This document shows, piece by piece, positions 1 to 13,298 of a stretch of DNA of 64,000 bases. The position numbers and the translations under genes were made by a program. The DNA comes from Phoronis australis (taxonomy: Eukaryota > Animalia > Phoronida), in contig NMRA01000822.1 in NCBI GenBank assembly GCA_002633005.1, positions 17,380 to 81,379 on the forward strand, in the 5' to 3' direction. Below the pieces are notes generated by a model. The model saw only the letters and a list, made by a program, of their open reading frames with translations, was not told the DNA's origin and made no database searches. Position 1 is the stretch's first letter, and each line of letters opens with the position of its first letter.

Positions 1-85
1 TATCAAAGGTTAGTTCATTGAAAAAACACCGGTATGATGCTGAAATATGTCTTGAGTGATTAAAATTATTTTCTGTCTGCAGGAC

Positions 86-1879
86 ATGGCGTCGAACGAT
101 CCAGTTGTCCAGCTACGTCGACTGGTAGAGTGCCCCGTGTGTTTTGAACGATCCAGTGACCAGAGGGTTTTGCCATGTCTTCACTCATTCTGCGAAAAAT
201 GCTTGAACAGTCACATGGCAGAACAGGGGCAAAGTGGTGAATTTCCATGTCCACTGTGCAAAACAAAATTTGCTGTTCCAAGAGAAGGTGCTAGTGGCTT
301 CAAGCATAATTTTTTTCATGCCGGTATCTGTGACATTGTTTCGAATTATGACAGCATGAATAAAATGCATTGTTCAGCTCATGAAGACCGGCTTTTGGAA
401 ATGTACTGTGAACAGTGCAAGGTGGCCATATGTTCACGATGCGCAACTTCAAGTCATAAGCGACACGATCTGAAAGATTTAGACGTTGCTGCAAAAGACG
501 CCATTGAGGTGATGCAAGATTTGTTGAAACCTTGGCGAGATGTTACGCAGCACTGGGAAATGTTGCGCAATAAACGACAGCAAGTTGCACAAAGTTATGC
601 CCAGCAACAAAAAGCTTGTAAGAATGAGATAAAACGTGTATACAGCGATTTCCTGGCAGAGATCACTCGTCAAGTCAAAGTTAATGAAGAGAAAGCTATT
701 GCTGAGTTGGAAAAACAAGTAGAGGCGGCAAGAAAACAGGCAGAAGCTGCTTGTGATGAGGCTGAACTGAACAGGGCGAAGTTTGCTAGCGTATATGATT
801 ATGTAAATAATGTTCTTGAGTCGTGTCATGACAATGAGAAACTGCAACAATTTAATGAGATTAAGTCTCTTCTTAAAAACTTGAATATTGATCAAATCCA
901 GAAGCGGGTTGAAAAATCAGTCTTTGAAATACAACCTGCGACAATTGCAGTTCCAAATGTAGCTGTGAATATTATGAGAAAAATGGAAGACGAAAATATT
1001 TCATCCAATTTTTTTGAAAATTTTGCCTCAGTTGTTGCAGTTTCCAGTAAATCACCTGTCCACCGTGTGACCCCTCAACTGACTGTTAAACATGTTCAAC
1101 TTGAGCGGAGATTTAGCAGTCTGCTTGAGGGGGAGGGGGGAGGCAGTTGTTTGGGACTGGCAGTGGGTGATGGGGTGGTGGTTGTAACGGACAGTAAGAA
1201 CAAGAATGTCAAGGTGTTTGATAAAAACACCTTGACATTCAAATTCACGTTAAACACCGCCCAGCACCAACTGCAGAACCCTTCTGATGTGACATGTAAT
1301 AGACTTGGTGAGATCTTCATCACCGACCGCGACATTCACGGTGTTGTCAAGTATGACGCCAGAGGTCAACTGGTGAAGGCCTACCCAGGTGTGTATAAAG
1401 GTGAGGGGTGTATTACATGTCACACCGACCAGCTGATAGTGACGGATACACAGGGTGGACGGGTGTTATACAGTGACTTTGATTGTGAGGTCCATCATCA
1501 AATAGACGCCCGCTCCCTGGGTCTGAGTGAGTTCTCACCATACTATATATGTGTGGATGAGAACACTGGACATGTGGTGGTGAGCCAGGACTACCCCCCA
1601 CGTGTGTACGTGATTGACCCCAGACAGCCGGCCGTTATACACACATTCAGTGATGGACTGTGTGTGCCGTGCGGTGTGTGTGTGGATCAGTTCGGCCACA
1701 TTCTCCTGGCTGACTGGGGCATGTTCAAACACTGTATCCATCTATTGACCCCTGCACGTGCACACGTGATCGCCACGAAGGATGATGTCTGCAGGCCTAC
1801 AGCCATATGTCCATCACGCCCAGGGAAGATGTATGTACTGGAGCAGGGAGGTGGTGTGAAGGAGTTTAGTTATCTGTGA
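86..1879 (+). CDS. TRIM-NHL E3 ubiquitin ligase (TRIM2/3/56-like): RING, B-box, coiled coil, NHL beta-propeller; single coding exon
   Basis: C3HC4 RING (CPVC...LPCLHSFCEKC...CPLC); B-box2 (CSAH...YCEQCKVAICSRCATSSHKRH); coiled coil; NHL repeats (NPSDVTCNRLGEIFITD, PCGVCVDQFGHILLAD). The ATG at 86 (gacATGG) directly follows a splice acceptor (tttctgtctgcag, AG at 81-82), so the ORF-track start at 56 is probably intronic. Confidence 0.93.
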   Translation: MASNDPVVQLRRLVECPVCFERSSDQRVLPCLHSFCEKCLNSHMAEQGQSGEFPCPLCKTKFAVPREGASGFKHNFFHAGICDIVSNYDSMNKMHCSAHEDRLLEMYCEQCKVAICSRCATSSHKRHDLKDLDVAAKDAIEVMQDLLKPWRDVTQHWEMLRNKRQQVAQSYAQQQKACKNEIKRVYSDFLAEITRQVKVNEEKAIAELEKQVEAARKQAEAACDEAELNRAKFASVYDYVNNVLESCHDNEKLQQFNEIKSLLKNLNIDQIQKRVEKSVFEIQPATIAVPNVAVNIMRKMEDENISSNFFENFASVVAVSSKSPVHRVTPQLTVKHVQLERRFSSLLEGEGGGSCLGLAVGDGVVVVTDSKNKNVKVFDKNTLTFKFTLNTAQHQLQNPSDVTCNRLGEIFITDRDIHGVVKYDARGQLVKAYPGVYKGEGCITCHTDQLIVTDTQGGRVLYSDFDCEVHHQIDARSLGLSEFSPYYICVDENTGHVVVSQDYPPRVYVIDPRQPAVIHTFSDGLCVPCGVCVDQFGHILLADWGMFKHCIHLLTPARAHVIATKDDVCRPTAICPSRPGKMYVLEQGGGVKEFSYL

Positions 1880-1915
1880 TATCTAATTTAACACACCTGT
1901 ACCATCACCTGGTTG

Positions 1916-1921
1916 AATAAA
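1916..1921 (+). promoter_or_regulatory. Candidate polyadenylation signal of the TRIM gene
   Basis: AATAAA ~37 nt after the stop, followed by GT/T-rich sequence; a second AATAAA lies at 2044-2049. Confidence 0.5.
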
Positions 1922-2241
1922 TGTTTGTGATTTTGTTTTGATGAAATGTTTTGTGAAATAACTGTTTGAAATTCTTGAAGTCTGTATGTAACATTGTGTG
2001 CAGACGACAAAGTAATATTGGACATATTTTGTCTAAAAATTCGAATAAAAATTTGACAAAAATCAGCACATTTATACCTGAAGGTCTCGTGCATTTGAAT
2101 GATCATTGTAGTTATATTATAAAGTACGTGTGTTTACCTTTTTTACAGACTTGTTTTACCTGTGCGTAGTTGTGCACGGCGACATTTTATCATCTTAAAA
2201 CGCACTTTCTCACATTTCTGTTCGAGTGAAACACGTGTTGT

Positions 2242-4283
2242 AAAGACTGTGCGCTGTTCTCAATTTTCAATACCAAAATTCTATTCAGGACGTCAATAAC
2301 ATTATCATATTTCTACAATATGAAATAAATGTGATCATAGTGTTCTCAACCGTGCAATTAACATTTTTATGACTTGAAATAGTCGTATTAATGCAATATA
2401 TCAAATTTGTTAGTGATTACTTAGTCCTCGTTTTAATTGAAATTGTCGCTCTAAAAATTCTTCATCAATATTATTGCACACGTAATATTTCATTATCGTC
2501 AAAACAAAACATTGGTTAAAGGGACGTTATCATTTTCACGGCCGAAAAACGCAAGTTTGGGATTGAGTGGGATAAAATTTTTGAACGGTTTGATTCGTGA
2601 TTTTATTACAAATCTCAATTGCCGCCGTTATTTTTCACACATCAGCTGAAGTGAATTACTGTGACTTCACCGGTGAAGTACGCTTGAAGTACTCTCCCAC
2701 ATGGGCCTACTGATGCTGGGATTTAACGCAGCTAACGAAACTTCTGACTGCGGCGCAAGAATTTGTTAAGTTCGATTCCGAGCTGGGGCTGATCTCGGAA
2801 AGTGATTCTCCTTGACTGTAGTGTTGCGTTGGTCGTTCACGTGATCAAATAAACTGAAACCAAAAAGAACTATATTGATTTCAGGAACAGTGTCGTATCC
2901 TTGCACATGAAGTCACACCATTAAATCAACAACGAAAAATTGCTCATTCACGCCCTTTATCGACTGATTGAAAACAATCGAATTTTGGACGTCAGACTAA
3001 GTGTGATAATCTCGGTTGGAATGGGTGGCGTGGACAGCACACAAAATTAATGTGAAGTTTTGTTTAAATGGCCATCACATATGTGCGAGTTGTCTTTGGT
3101 TTGCATTTTTAGAGAAAAAATCGTTTAATATTACACAATATAACTTTATTGAAAAGACCACCATCCTTTGTTTTTATTCACAGCCCGAAGATGGCGCGTT
3201 ATCATCGAGTTCAACCACAAAAGATTGTGCGCTGTTCTCTATTTTCAATACCAAAATTCTATTCACGACGTCAATAACATTATCATATTTCTACATTATG
3301 AAATAGCTGTGATATTAGTGTTCTCATGTGTGCAATTAACATTTTTCTAACTTAAAATAGTCCGCATTAATGCAACATATTAAGATTGCTAGTTTTTGGT
3401 ATTCTAATTGGAATTATTGATTAAACGGTGCATTCGTGGATTAAACTGCGATTACATAGTGCTCGTTTTAATTGAAATTGTCGCTCTTATAGTCAGTATT
3501 ATTGCATACTTGAGATTTTCATTACCGCCGAAACAAAATACATTGGTTAAAGGGACGTTATCATTTTCACGACCGAAAAACGCCAGCTTGAGATTGAGTG
3601 GAATAAAATTTTTGAACTTACAAGCTTTTAACAGAGCTAAACAAACCCCAAACTATTCGTTGTGTTGTGCGATTTTACTACAAATCTCCAATTACCGCCG
3701 TTATTTGCCAGGCATACGCTGAAATCAAGTTCTGTGATTTCACCAGTGAAAGTACGCTTGAAATACTCCCCACATATTGATGCTGGTATTAAGCGCAGGT
3801 AACAAAACGTTTCCTTGCGACGAAAAAATTTGTTGAGGCTGATCTCGGAAAGTAATTTTTCTCAACTATAGTGTCACGTTGGTCGTTCACGTGATCAATG
3901 AAACTGAAACCGAAAAGAATTATTTTGATTTCAATAACAGTGTTGTATCTTGCACATGAAGTCACACCACTAAATTAAAGAAAAACTTTTTATTCACGCT
4001 CTTTATAGATTGATTGAAAACAATCGATTTTTGTATGTCAGTCTAAGTACGTAAAGATAATCTCGGTTGGTATGCGCAGTGCAGACAACACACAAAATTA
4101 ATGGAATCCGTTATTAAAATTGCCATTACATATTTGTGAGTTGTCTTTGATTAACATTTTTCAGAGAAAAAATCATATAATATGATATAATATAACTTTA
4201 TTGACAATGCTAATGCCACCGTCCCTTGTGTACATTATTCACAGCCCGAATATGGCGCGTTATCATCAGGTACAACCATAAAA
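2242..4283. repeat. Diverged ~1-kb direct tandem duplication (units ~2242-3221 and ~3222-4283)
   Basis: Both units start aaga(c/t)tgtgcgctgttctc..ttttcaataccaaaattctattca and end cagcccgaa.atggcgcgttatcatc. Internal blocks are collinear, e.g. cattggttaaagggacgttatcattttcacg. There is no N at the junction. Confidence 0.85.
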
Positions 4284-7200
4284 ATAACACATCAGAGTGT
4301 ACGTCTTTTTGAAAACGAGAGATAAATGGCTAATTTCCAAACCTTACGTACAGATATAGTTACGAAACTTTTCCTTATTTACAAGCCTAGAAAAATACCG
4401 TACTTTGCTCTCAAACCAGCGTATGCAGGACAGTCGAGTAAAAATGAATTTCATTCTTCAACTACTCTTGTAGAACATGTTGTACACAAACGCTCTTCGC
4501 TTAGGTTTCTCTCATATTCGATTTTCACTGAATGGTTTACAGATCTAAATATAGCCTGTAACTGACAAGTTTACTAAAGATGACACTTTTTTTCATGCTA
4601 TAGCTGAGAATCAATACCTAAAGATCTCCTTTAGGCTTGGCTTTGATTTGAGACGGGTTGAATTCTTTACTGCGCTCTGTTCGTTAAAATACTCTGTAAA
4701 CTAACTCTGAGCGAATCGGTTACTTTTTGAGTGCAACATCTTTGTTGTAATGATTTTTAAGATTATGCCCTAGAGATTTTGTAATATTCATATAGTTATA
4801 ACGAGAAATCAGTCAGTTCGAGAGTTCGAGCTTCCGTCAGCAAGTGAATGTGCTGGCCCCCGGGTCAGTGAGCTGAATATGAGATCACATCCACATAGCG
4901 CCGCAAATCTGGGCCAATGGGTGAGCGTGTATTTCGAACGCTGGTCAGTTGTCAACATGCGTAATTTGTATTGGACATCTAAAGGATCAAAAGCTTAAGC
5001 ACAACTTTCGAATGAAATTACTCTAAAATTAATGACAATAAAGACAACCATTCATTTTAATATCAATTATTTTTTTTCACATACACGTTCGCTTTGAATT
5101 TGTTTTTAAATGAGATGCTTGTTACTCGTTCGCTTCAGCGTCGTCGTAATTATAAGAGAAGTTTTAAATGTTTTCGTGAACAATTGCCAACAGTTACACA
5201 ATTCAATGTTTGCTTATGAACTGAATATTAAGGCCAACTAAATAGTTGAATTAAAATAAGAACGAGAAAAAATCCATTACTGAAACGATGCAGTTACAAC
5301 TCATCAATTTATACTGTTGACCCGCGGGACACTTGGCCGACATTGGAGTCCTGGCGTTCACTCCGTAGACATACCTGTAGTTTCTTGCTAGAAGAGCGAT
5401 AGCATTCAAGACATTGCGAGTTTTCGTCAGGTATTGCAAGCAAACAAGCTAAACAGATGTGTCATTTTCTGCCGCACGAATGAACTTTCCCAAAAATCAT
5501 AGCATAAATAATCTAAATAGAGCATGGTAATCAACAAAAGACAGTAGTACCCTCTACACATAGTTAAACCTCATAATGATTGCAGTTAAAACCATAGATC
5601 TTAATCTTAGTTTGCCAACTTTTTTATATGCTTCCTTAGTTGTGTGACGAAACGGGTCACTGCACAGAGTAAACCTGTGTATAAACCAGCGTTTCAAGAT
5701 GAAGTTGAGTTTGAGCCGAGTTAAAAAGGAAACGCGTGGTGTACTGCGTAAACGTGAGCCTACGTCCTACTACGTCAAGGCGCACCGTGTGGCGGTTTCG
5801 ACAGTTCTTTATAGGTGGGCCCAGGTGAGAAAATGCACCGTCTACAGTGTTATTTGCCGCATATTGTGAATGTGATATCTCAAATTTGCCGGGACAGTGT
5901 ACACGTTATGAATAACAAAACAGAATTTAGTAAAGAAAAGTATCGATATGCTTTTTATCCTCCTCGAAACAAAAAAGAACGCTTTGGCACAAACTCAATT
6001 TAATGGCCTAGTTTCAACTGAACATGTTTAGTCACCCATTCTATCTCCAATTGCATATGGGATAATTGTTTGTTCATTCATTACACAGGGTTAAACATGA
6101 TACAAAGAAGCTTTACGAGATCTAAACAATTCTACTCTCCCAATTTGTAAAACTCTACACATGTTACATTTTCAGGATACATTTACATTATCTTGCTTAA
6201 AGTGTAACTACAAAATAAAAACATAATGCTCCCTATATACTTTCACAACAAGGAATTCATCCAAGAATATCGGCCACTTCGAGAAAACACGTGCAGAACA
6301 ACACCATTACAATCTCCCAGTTACATGTACGTTAGTAATAATACAAATAACCGACCATCATACACTGTGCTTCCAGCGGAAAAAACAAACATCAACACAA
6401 AAGAGATTGTTTTACCATTTCTTTTGAATAAGTGCAATTTCTTAGAATTAGTTTTGAATAAAACAATAACTCGTTCCTTATTAGGTTTTAATCTCAAAAA
6501 TATTCTATGAACAACTATGATGAAAATTGCCATGTCGTAAATTTTTATGTTCGAATGTTTAGAGATTCTGTGTTGCCGATGGTCATCTCTAATGATTCTT
6601 GCTTGGGATTGTGTCTTTCAGTACTCTAAATAAACACATTTTTTCTATGAATTCATGTTGCACATATCACTAATAATTATCTCTAGTAACCAGCCTTTAG
6701 CAGTTTATACCTTGGTTGGTAACGAAATCAAGTTGTACAAAATATGCCATATAAACGGAAAGAAATTAATATATACACATACGATAGCAGTCATTATTGT
6801 ATTCTTGTTTTGTATATACACTCTTTCATATTTCTTTTGTACAAATACGCCCATTCAACACAACTCTACTGCGTACACAATAGTTTTAGTGTCGTAGTTG
6901 CAACTTACGGAACTTGAACCCCAACAGGCAAGAGTGATCCGGCTGGGGGTCCGGGTCGGATTCAATTTCAAGATTTCCGTCTTCACCAAATCCTTTTCAG
7001 TGCAGTATATACTAGTTGCACTTACACAAAAAAGAAAAAGCGTCACTTGACGTTTCTGCAGGTTTACCCAAAGCCGTTTAAACAGGGACGACAAGACATA
7101 CATTTGACGGATGTTTGGCACTGGTGTTTTCAGCAAGACTTTCTGACATTATGGCAGTCGTTCTAGATATCCTAAANTGTTCCCTCGTTGAGACTGTGCT

Positions 7201-8190
7201 GCGACTCATAATATCCATAATTTACATGATCCTTGTCCATTTTTTCCTTGATTTACTCAAATTTTCCGTGCTTTGCCCGAATCCTATCGGCAATTTCTCC
7301 CGCCATAACGATAGATCTAAGTCCCGATATGGTAGCTCACCTTCTGACCAGCTTCTGATTTTTTTAACCACACATCTGACATTTGAAGATCCTGTGTCGG
7401 ATCAACAAGGCACTAGGCAAGAACGACATTAGTGACGGAGTGTGTCGTAAAACAACTACAAAACAACCCTCTTGTCGTGTAACGAAAATAGTTTACAAAC
7501 ATTGTTACAGTTAAAACAACGAAAAGTGAAACTTTATGTACACAATTTGAAGCACTGTACATTTTCTGATTTGGCGCCCCTTAAAATGTGATTTTGGCGC
7601 CTTTGTAACGCATTTTCAAGGGGATCAGGACCATCCACATCGCTACTAGGCCTACAACAAGAGCGATACCAGTAAAGTGAACTGGGTGATAATGAAAAGT
7701 GAAACTAGTGCTAGTACTAGTACTAGTACTGGTATGGCGGTGGGCAGAGGAAACAAATTTACCCGTGGGTCTCACCGGCGTCTCTTACCTCACCTTAATG
7801 CCCTATAACATCAAGCATCTCTAAGTTAGTATTAAAAAGTTTTGTCACTGTGGCTTTGAACTAATTCATAAGTGGGAGAAGCAAACTGAAGGAACTTGAA
7901 ACGGGAAAGTAACAATGCTACTGTAAATCTGTCGAATTTAAGTCAAAGTTGTCCGTTCTTGGCTATGCATCCCCAACCCCTTTCATCGAGATCTCAGATT
8001 GCAGGACGGACCGGGACGTTGTTTGAAACAGGTTGGTGTGTCAAGGGCTTTTATTTGCAAAATAGTAAAACTAATTACATTTTTCTATTCCTCAAGCGAT
8101 GCAATGCATTAATCGCCAGTCAAAGCAATAAAACATTCACTCTGAGCTCTAACTGTTTCATGCTCCCGTAGGCTACAGCAATGTAAAGAC

Positions 8191-8444
8191 CATGGGCCTG
8201 TTCCAAGAAAATGACTTAAGTTCATTATTGACTTAAGTTTAAGATTTGTCTTAAATTCCAAACTTTGAAACTTCCACACTCTGTTAGTTAGTGAAATTTA
8301 AGACAAACTTACATCACACAATTAATCCAAACTTAAGATCTCTTTCTTGAATTGGTTTTAAGACAAATTTAACTTTTATTTTAAAATTTACTAAAATTTA
8401 GGATTTGTCTTAGCTCAGTCAGTTTTGTTGGAACAGGCTCCATG
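8191..8444. mobile_element. MITE, ~250 bp
   Basis: Imperfect terminal inverted repeats: catgggcctgttccaagaaaatgact ... agtcagttttgttggaacaggctccatg. AT-rich interior. A second copy lies in reverse orientation at ~50441-50680. Confidence 0.75.
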
Positions 8445-10043
8445 AATACTGGTTTCATTGTTGTTTTTATGCATTGTTCAAATTCAGTCCATTGAAATGG
8501 TAACACAAAAAGTGAGTTTGTCGCGCGGTTGAACTTGCTTTGGCCAGGTATTATTACAAAAAACTCAAATAGTTTACTCTGAATATTCTTTGAGTGTTAC
8601 CTTACAGGCGCGACAAACATCAACTAAAGACACATTTTGGTTTAATTGAAACTTTATTTTGGCATGAGCAGTAAATATGGGTCTTGTTATTGAAAATGCG
8701 TCAAACAAAAATACATTCAATGTGTCAACTGTTGATTTATTGTGAAGAAATATTCTTTAAGTTTAGTAGTATATATTCTATAATTGAAATTATAGACAAT
8801 TCACAGATATCGCAACCAAGCCTTGTGTACCGTGAACTCGCAAGGGCAGCATTTTACATAGACACGGAAAACGTTGAGAACACGACTAAACTTTTTGTTT
8901 GAAAGCTTGATACTGATTCCTCGTATTAACGAAACAATTTTCTTTCTTCAGGTGTGCAGCTGTGTAGCAAAACGCCGAGAGACATAACAAACAAACACAT
9001 TAAAACACACATTATATTTCGGGACTGCTTGTCTCATCATCAGGCAATGAGTGGAATGAACCATAAACGTAGCGAAATAAACAGTGAATATACGTGACAG
9101 CGGGAAGAGGGCATACAAGCAGAGACTGTGAATGCAACAATGAGTACAGCCTAACAGTAGAGCGTGTTGAGCGTGCAATGAACCGCGGAAAATAATAAGC
9201 GACCTGAAATTTACAAGCATTGTGTGCAAAATGTGTACATGTATACAAACTTGTGCATGCATTTGGACTAGTAGGTGAATTTTATGGAAAGTGAGCAGAA
9301 AAAATTGTACAACCAGTCTCAGCAGATTGGTCTCCGACTTGTTTCTATTTTCCAGTCAAAAGGTTTTAAATACTACCAAAATTGCTTTTGTAAATAACGC
9401 CCAAATCCATTTTAATCGACCGTCTTTGTTTTAATGAGCAAGTTTATGAATTCGTTGCAACTGTTCATCCAAAATATCCCATTCTCTGTAATTCTAGTAT
9501 CACAAAATACTGACACCTCATCTCCCGGAAATGACCCTCATCACTATTTTGATTAGCCCATGTCTTCACTTACACTGGGTTCACGTGGGATGGCGAAAAC
9601 CCTACTAACAGTTTCACTGGCAAAACATAAGTTAAAACACTAACGTTTCAGCTGGACAGACAAGCTTTTTTTTGCTAGTCGAGTGCGACAACACAGTGTT
9701 ATCACAATGTGGCAACACTGTGTTTTTGCACTCAACTTAAATTGTTGTGTGAGTGACAATGCGTTTCCACATTGACGACATATACATGTACATGTATTGT
9801 CACATTCGCCTCTTTGGGTTCATGTGATCATCATACAAATATCCCGCTCAAAAGGCTTAAGGCAGATGCTATACTAGGCTCACAAGAACAACTTTACCGT
9901 CAGATTTTGTCGGTTTTGAAATATCTTCCTGGTTGTTTACTATTCACACATATCCGTCGTACATGTAAGATGTTTGAAAAGCATTCTTGAGGCCGCGCGG
10001 CGTCGAGGGGCTTTCTTAAGCGTCCGCAAAAATACCAACGTCT

Positions 10044-13000
10044 GAGCTGCAAACTAGTTTTCAAACTGCTTACGAGCAGCCACTTCACGAGTTCGGTCGC
10101 ACGCAATAACACAAAATTGTTTGTGTGATCTTCACTGACTTTCTTAATAGTATTTGTAAACGAGACTTAAGGAAAACACCAAATACGACATTATATGGAT
10201 TTTGGGCAAAAATCAAACTAGTTTTTGACCCTTATGCATGCGCGCATATGCAGAAATATTTGTATTATTTGTCAATTTGATGACAAAATCAGATGCCAGC
10301 AGTCCAACCTCCGAGCATCAAAACCTTTCAACATGCTGGACTGGATTACGACAATTTGAATTAAACACAAACAAAATTTGGTGCGTACCAGGTTCTTCCT
10401 CAAAAACGCATAAATACAACAAACAATTTAAATATTTTGACAATCACCCGCGCTTTAAAAAATGTACCTGTCTTCAAATTCTGTGGTGTACCGTATGTGC
10501 GACTATTGAGCCTCAAATACATAAATAGGCACGCATACACGGCATTATGCCGAGTACCAAAGTAAATCCAAGGAGTAAATTTCCAAAAAATATGTGTTAA
10601 ATTTGTGGCCCTGGATCACCAGTGCTTCGCACGGATATCAGCTACTGTGCGCCGAGACGAAAATATCATGCGTGTGTTCGTGACGAAACACGCTTCAAAC
10701 CAGAGCGGTCCCCAACGAAGATATATATGCAAAAGTTAGTAAACATGTTATCTGATTGTATGTCTCATCCATCTCTCAGGTAGTAGCGTGGGATATCTTT
10801 AACAGAATGACAAAATGAGAGTTGTCTTTGTCATAGTTATAACATGACTTGCTACAACAAATTCGATTTAGGCATATGCGCCTAATCGCACGCAATATTT
10901 AGGCATATGCGCCTAGTCGCACGCAATATTGAACCGTTAAGTCCATTAATCACTTATGTTGTGAGAAAGAACAAGTCAAGACTGACATCATGACGATACA
11001 TCGCTCAAAAAAACCTTTGGTCGAAATTCATCAATACCGTGTAGCGCACACCAACGTCATAGAAATTGTAAGTCGTACCGGAGACGACTGATTTGAACTC
11101 CTGAGCTGGGTTCCTACTATTGTGCTTANNNNNNNNNNNNNNNNNNNNNNNNNNNNNNNNNNNNNNNNNNNNNNNNNNNNNNNNNNNNNNNNNNNNNNNN
11201 NNNNNNNNNNNNNNNNNNNNNNNNNNNNNNNNNNNNNNNNNNNNNNNNNNNNNNNNNNNNNNNNNNNNNNNNNNNNNNNNNNNNNNNNNNNNNNNNNNNN
11301 NNNNNNNNNNNNNNNNNNNNNNNNNNNNNNNNNNNNNNNNNNNNNNNNNNNNNNNNNNNNNNNNNNNNNNNNNNNNNNNNNNNNNNNNNNNNNNNNNNNN
11401 NNNNNNNNNNNNNNNNNNNNNNNNNNNNNNNNNNNNNNNNNNNNNNNNNNNNNNNNNNNNNNNNNNNNNNNNNNNNNNNNNNNNNNNNNNNNNNNNNNNN
11501 NNNNNNNNNNNNNNNNNNNNNNNNNNNNNNNNNNNNNNAGCTGCAAACTAGTTTTCAAACTGCTTACGAGCAGCCACTTCACGAGTTCGGTCGCACGCAA
11601 TAACAAAAAATTGTTTGTGTGATCTTCACTGACTTTCTTAACAGTATTTGTAAACGAGACTTAAGGAAAACACCAAATACGACATTATATGGATTTTGGG
11701 CAAAAATCAAACTAGTTTTTGACCCTTATGCATGCGCGCATCTGCAGAAATATTTGTATTATTTGTCAATTTGATGACAAAATCAGATGCCAGCAGTCCA
11801 ACCTCCGAGCAACAAAACCTTTCAACATGCTGGACTGGATTACGACAATTTGAATTAAACACGAACAAAATTTGGTGCGTACCAGGCTCTTCCTCAAAAA
11901 CGCATAAATACAACAAACAATTTAAATATTATGATTATCACCGGCGCTTTAAAAAATGTACCTGTCTTCAAATTCTGTGGTGTACCGTATGTGCGACTAT
12001 TGAGCCCCAAATTCATAAATAGGCACGCATGCACGGCATTATGCATGGAGTACCAAAGTAAATCCAAGGAGTAAATTTCCAAAAAATATGTATTAAATTT
12101 GTGGCCCTGGATCACCAGTGCTTCGCACGGATATCAGCTACTGTGCACCGAGACGAAAATATTATGTGTGTGTTCGTGGCGAAACACGCTTCAAACCAGA
12201 GCGGTCCCCAACGAAGATATATATACAAAAGTTAGTAAACATATTATCTGATTATCTGTCTCATCCATCTCTCAGGTAGTAGCGTGGAATATCTTTAACA
12301 GAATGACAAAATGAGAGTTGTCTTTGTCATAGTTATTACATGACTTGCTACAACAAATTCGATTTAGGCATATGCGCCTAATCGCACGCAATATTTAGGC
12401 ATATGCGCCTAGTCGCACGCAATATTGAACCGTTAAGTCCGTTACTCACTTATGTTGTGAGATAGAACAAGTCAAGACTGACATCATAATTGGGAAAAAC
12501 AGTTGAATACCGTAATTCCCCGTGAGTGGTGGAGAAAAGCTTATTCTTATTCTATTAACTTTTCTTGTGATGTCCAGCTTAAATGATTTCAAATACGTTT
12601 AACTCACAGACTACTCGGAACCAATAAGTTTTTGAATAAGATTGGTGTTAGAAATTTAGATAGTTGTACTTTTTGTAATTCTCATTCTGAAGACCTTTTT
12701 CACTTGTATTGGTCTTGTTTACGTGTCCAAAGTTTTTGGAAAACAGTTGAAAACTGGATAAAAAACCTCTGCGGAATTGAAATGAAACTTGATCATTTTG
12801 ATGTAATTTTTGGCTCCTTTAATGGACCAAAAATCATAAATCTACTTTTATGTTTAGGCAAGTACCACATACACAAGCAAAAACTTCAGAATGTAGAACC
12901 ATGTTTTGCACTTTTTCAACATTTTGTTTTTGATTACTACAAAGTAGAAAAGGTTATGTACTATAACCAGTGCAGGTATCTCGACTTCGAGGAACAATGG

Positions 13001-13298
13001 GCCCCTCTAGCACCTTTATTTTAATTTACACTACATACAACCAATGGCCCCCCTGTGTATGAATGTGAGCGTGACTGTGTGCGTGAATGTTTATACTGTT
13101 TGGCTTTATTGTATTTGCATTACGATAACAATAAAACTTTTTGACAAAAAAAATGAAAAAGACTCACATCATGGCGATACATCGCTCAAAAAAAACCTTT
13201 GGTGGAAATTCGAAGCACACCAACGTCATAGAAATTGTAAGTCTTACCTGAGACGACTGATTTGAACTCCTGAGCTGGGTTCCTACTATTGGGCTTAG
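10044..13298. repeat. ~1.1-kb duplicated segment flanking the N gap (10044-11128 vs 11539-13298; second copy interrupted by a LINE)
   Basis: Near-identical sequence on both sides of gap 11129-11538, giving twin 96-aa spurious ORFs. Each copy has a 31-bp tandem unit containing the near-palindrome taggcatatgcgccta. Confidence 0.85.
12488..13158 (+). mobile_element. 5'-truncated L1/Tx1-clade LINE (ORF2 C-terminal zinc knuckle, 3' UTR, A-rich tail)
   Basis: zf-RVT-type motif CTFCNSHSEDLFHLYWSC..VQSFW; AATAAA and A-rich tail; 14-bp TSD aagactgacatcat (12474-12487) / aagactcacatcat (13159-13172). The empty site is visible in the other copy at ~10978-10991. Confidence 0.88.

Noticed and set aside
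6855-7432. Possible decayed coding fragment on the - strand
   Set aside because: Protein-like stretches are broken by stops and no family motif was recognised.
10866-10930. CRISPR-like palindromic direct repeats
   Set aside because: Only two adjacent 31-bp units with no unique spacers, in eukaryotic context with no cas genes.
11031-11622. ORFs made mostly of X
   Set aside because: They read through the N gap and are artefacts.
10238-12022. Twin 96-aa ORFs as duplicated genes
   Set aside because: They lie inside a gap-flanking duplicated repeat and have no recognisable domain or splice context.
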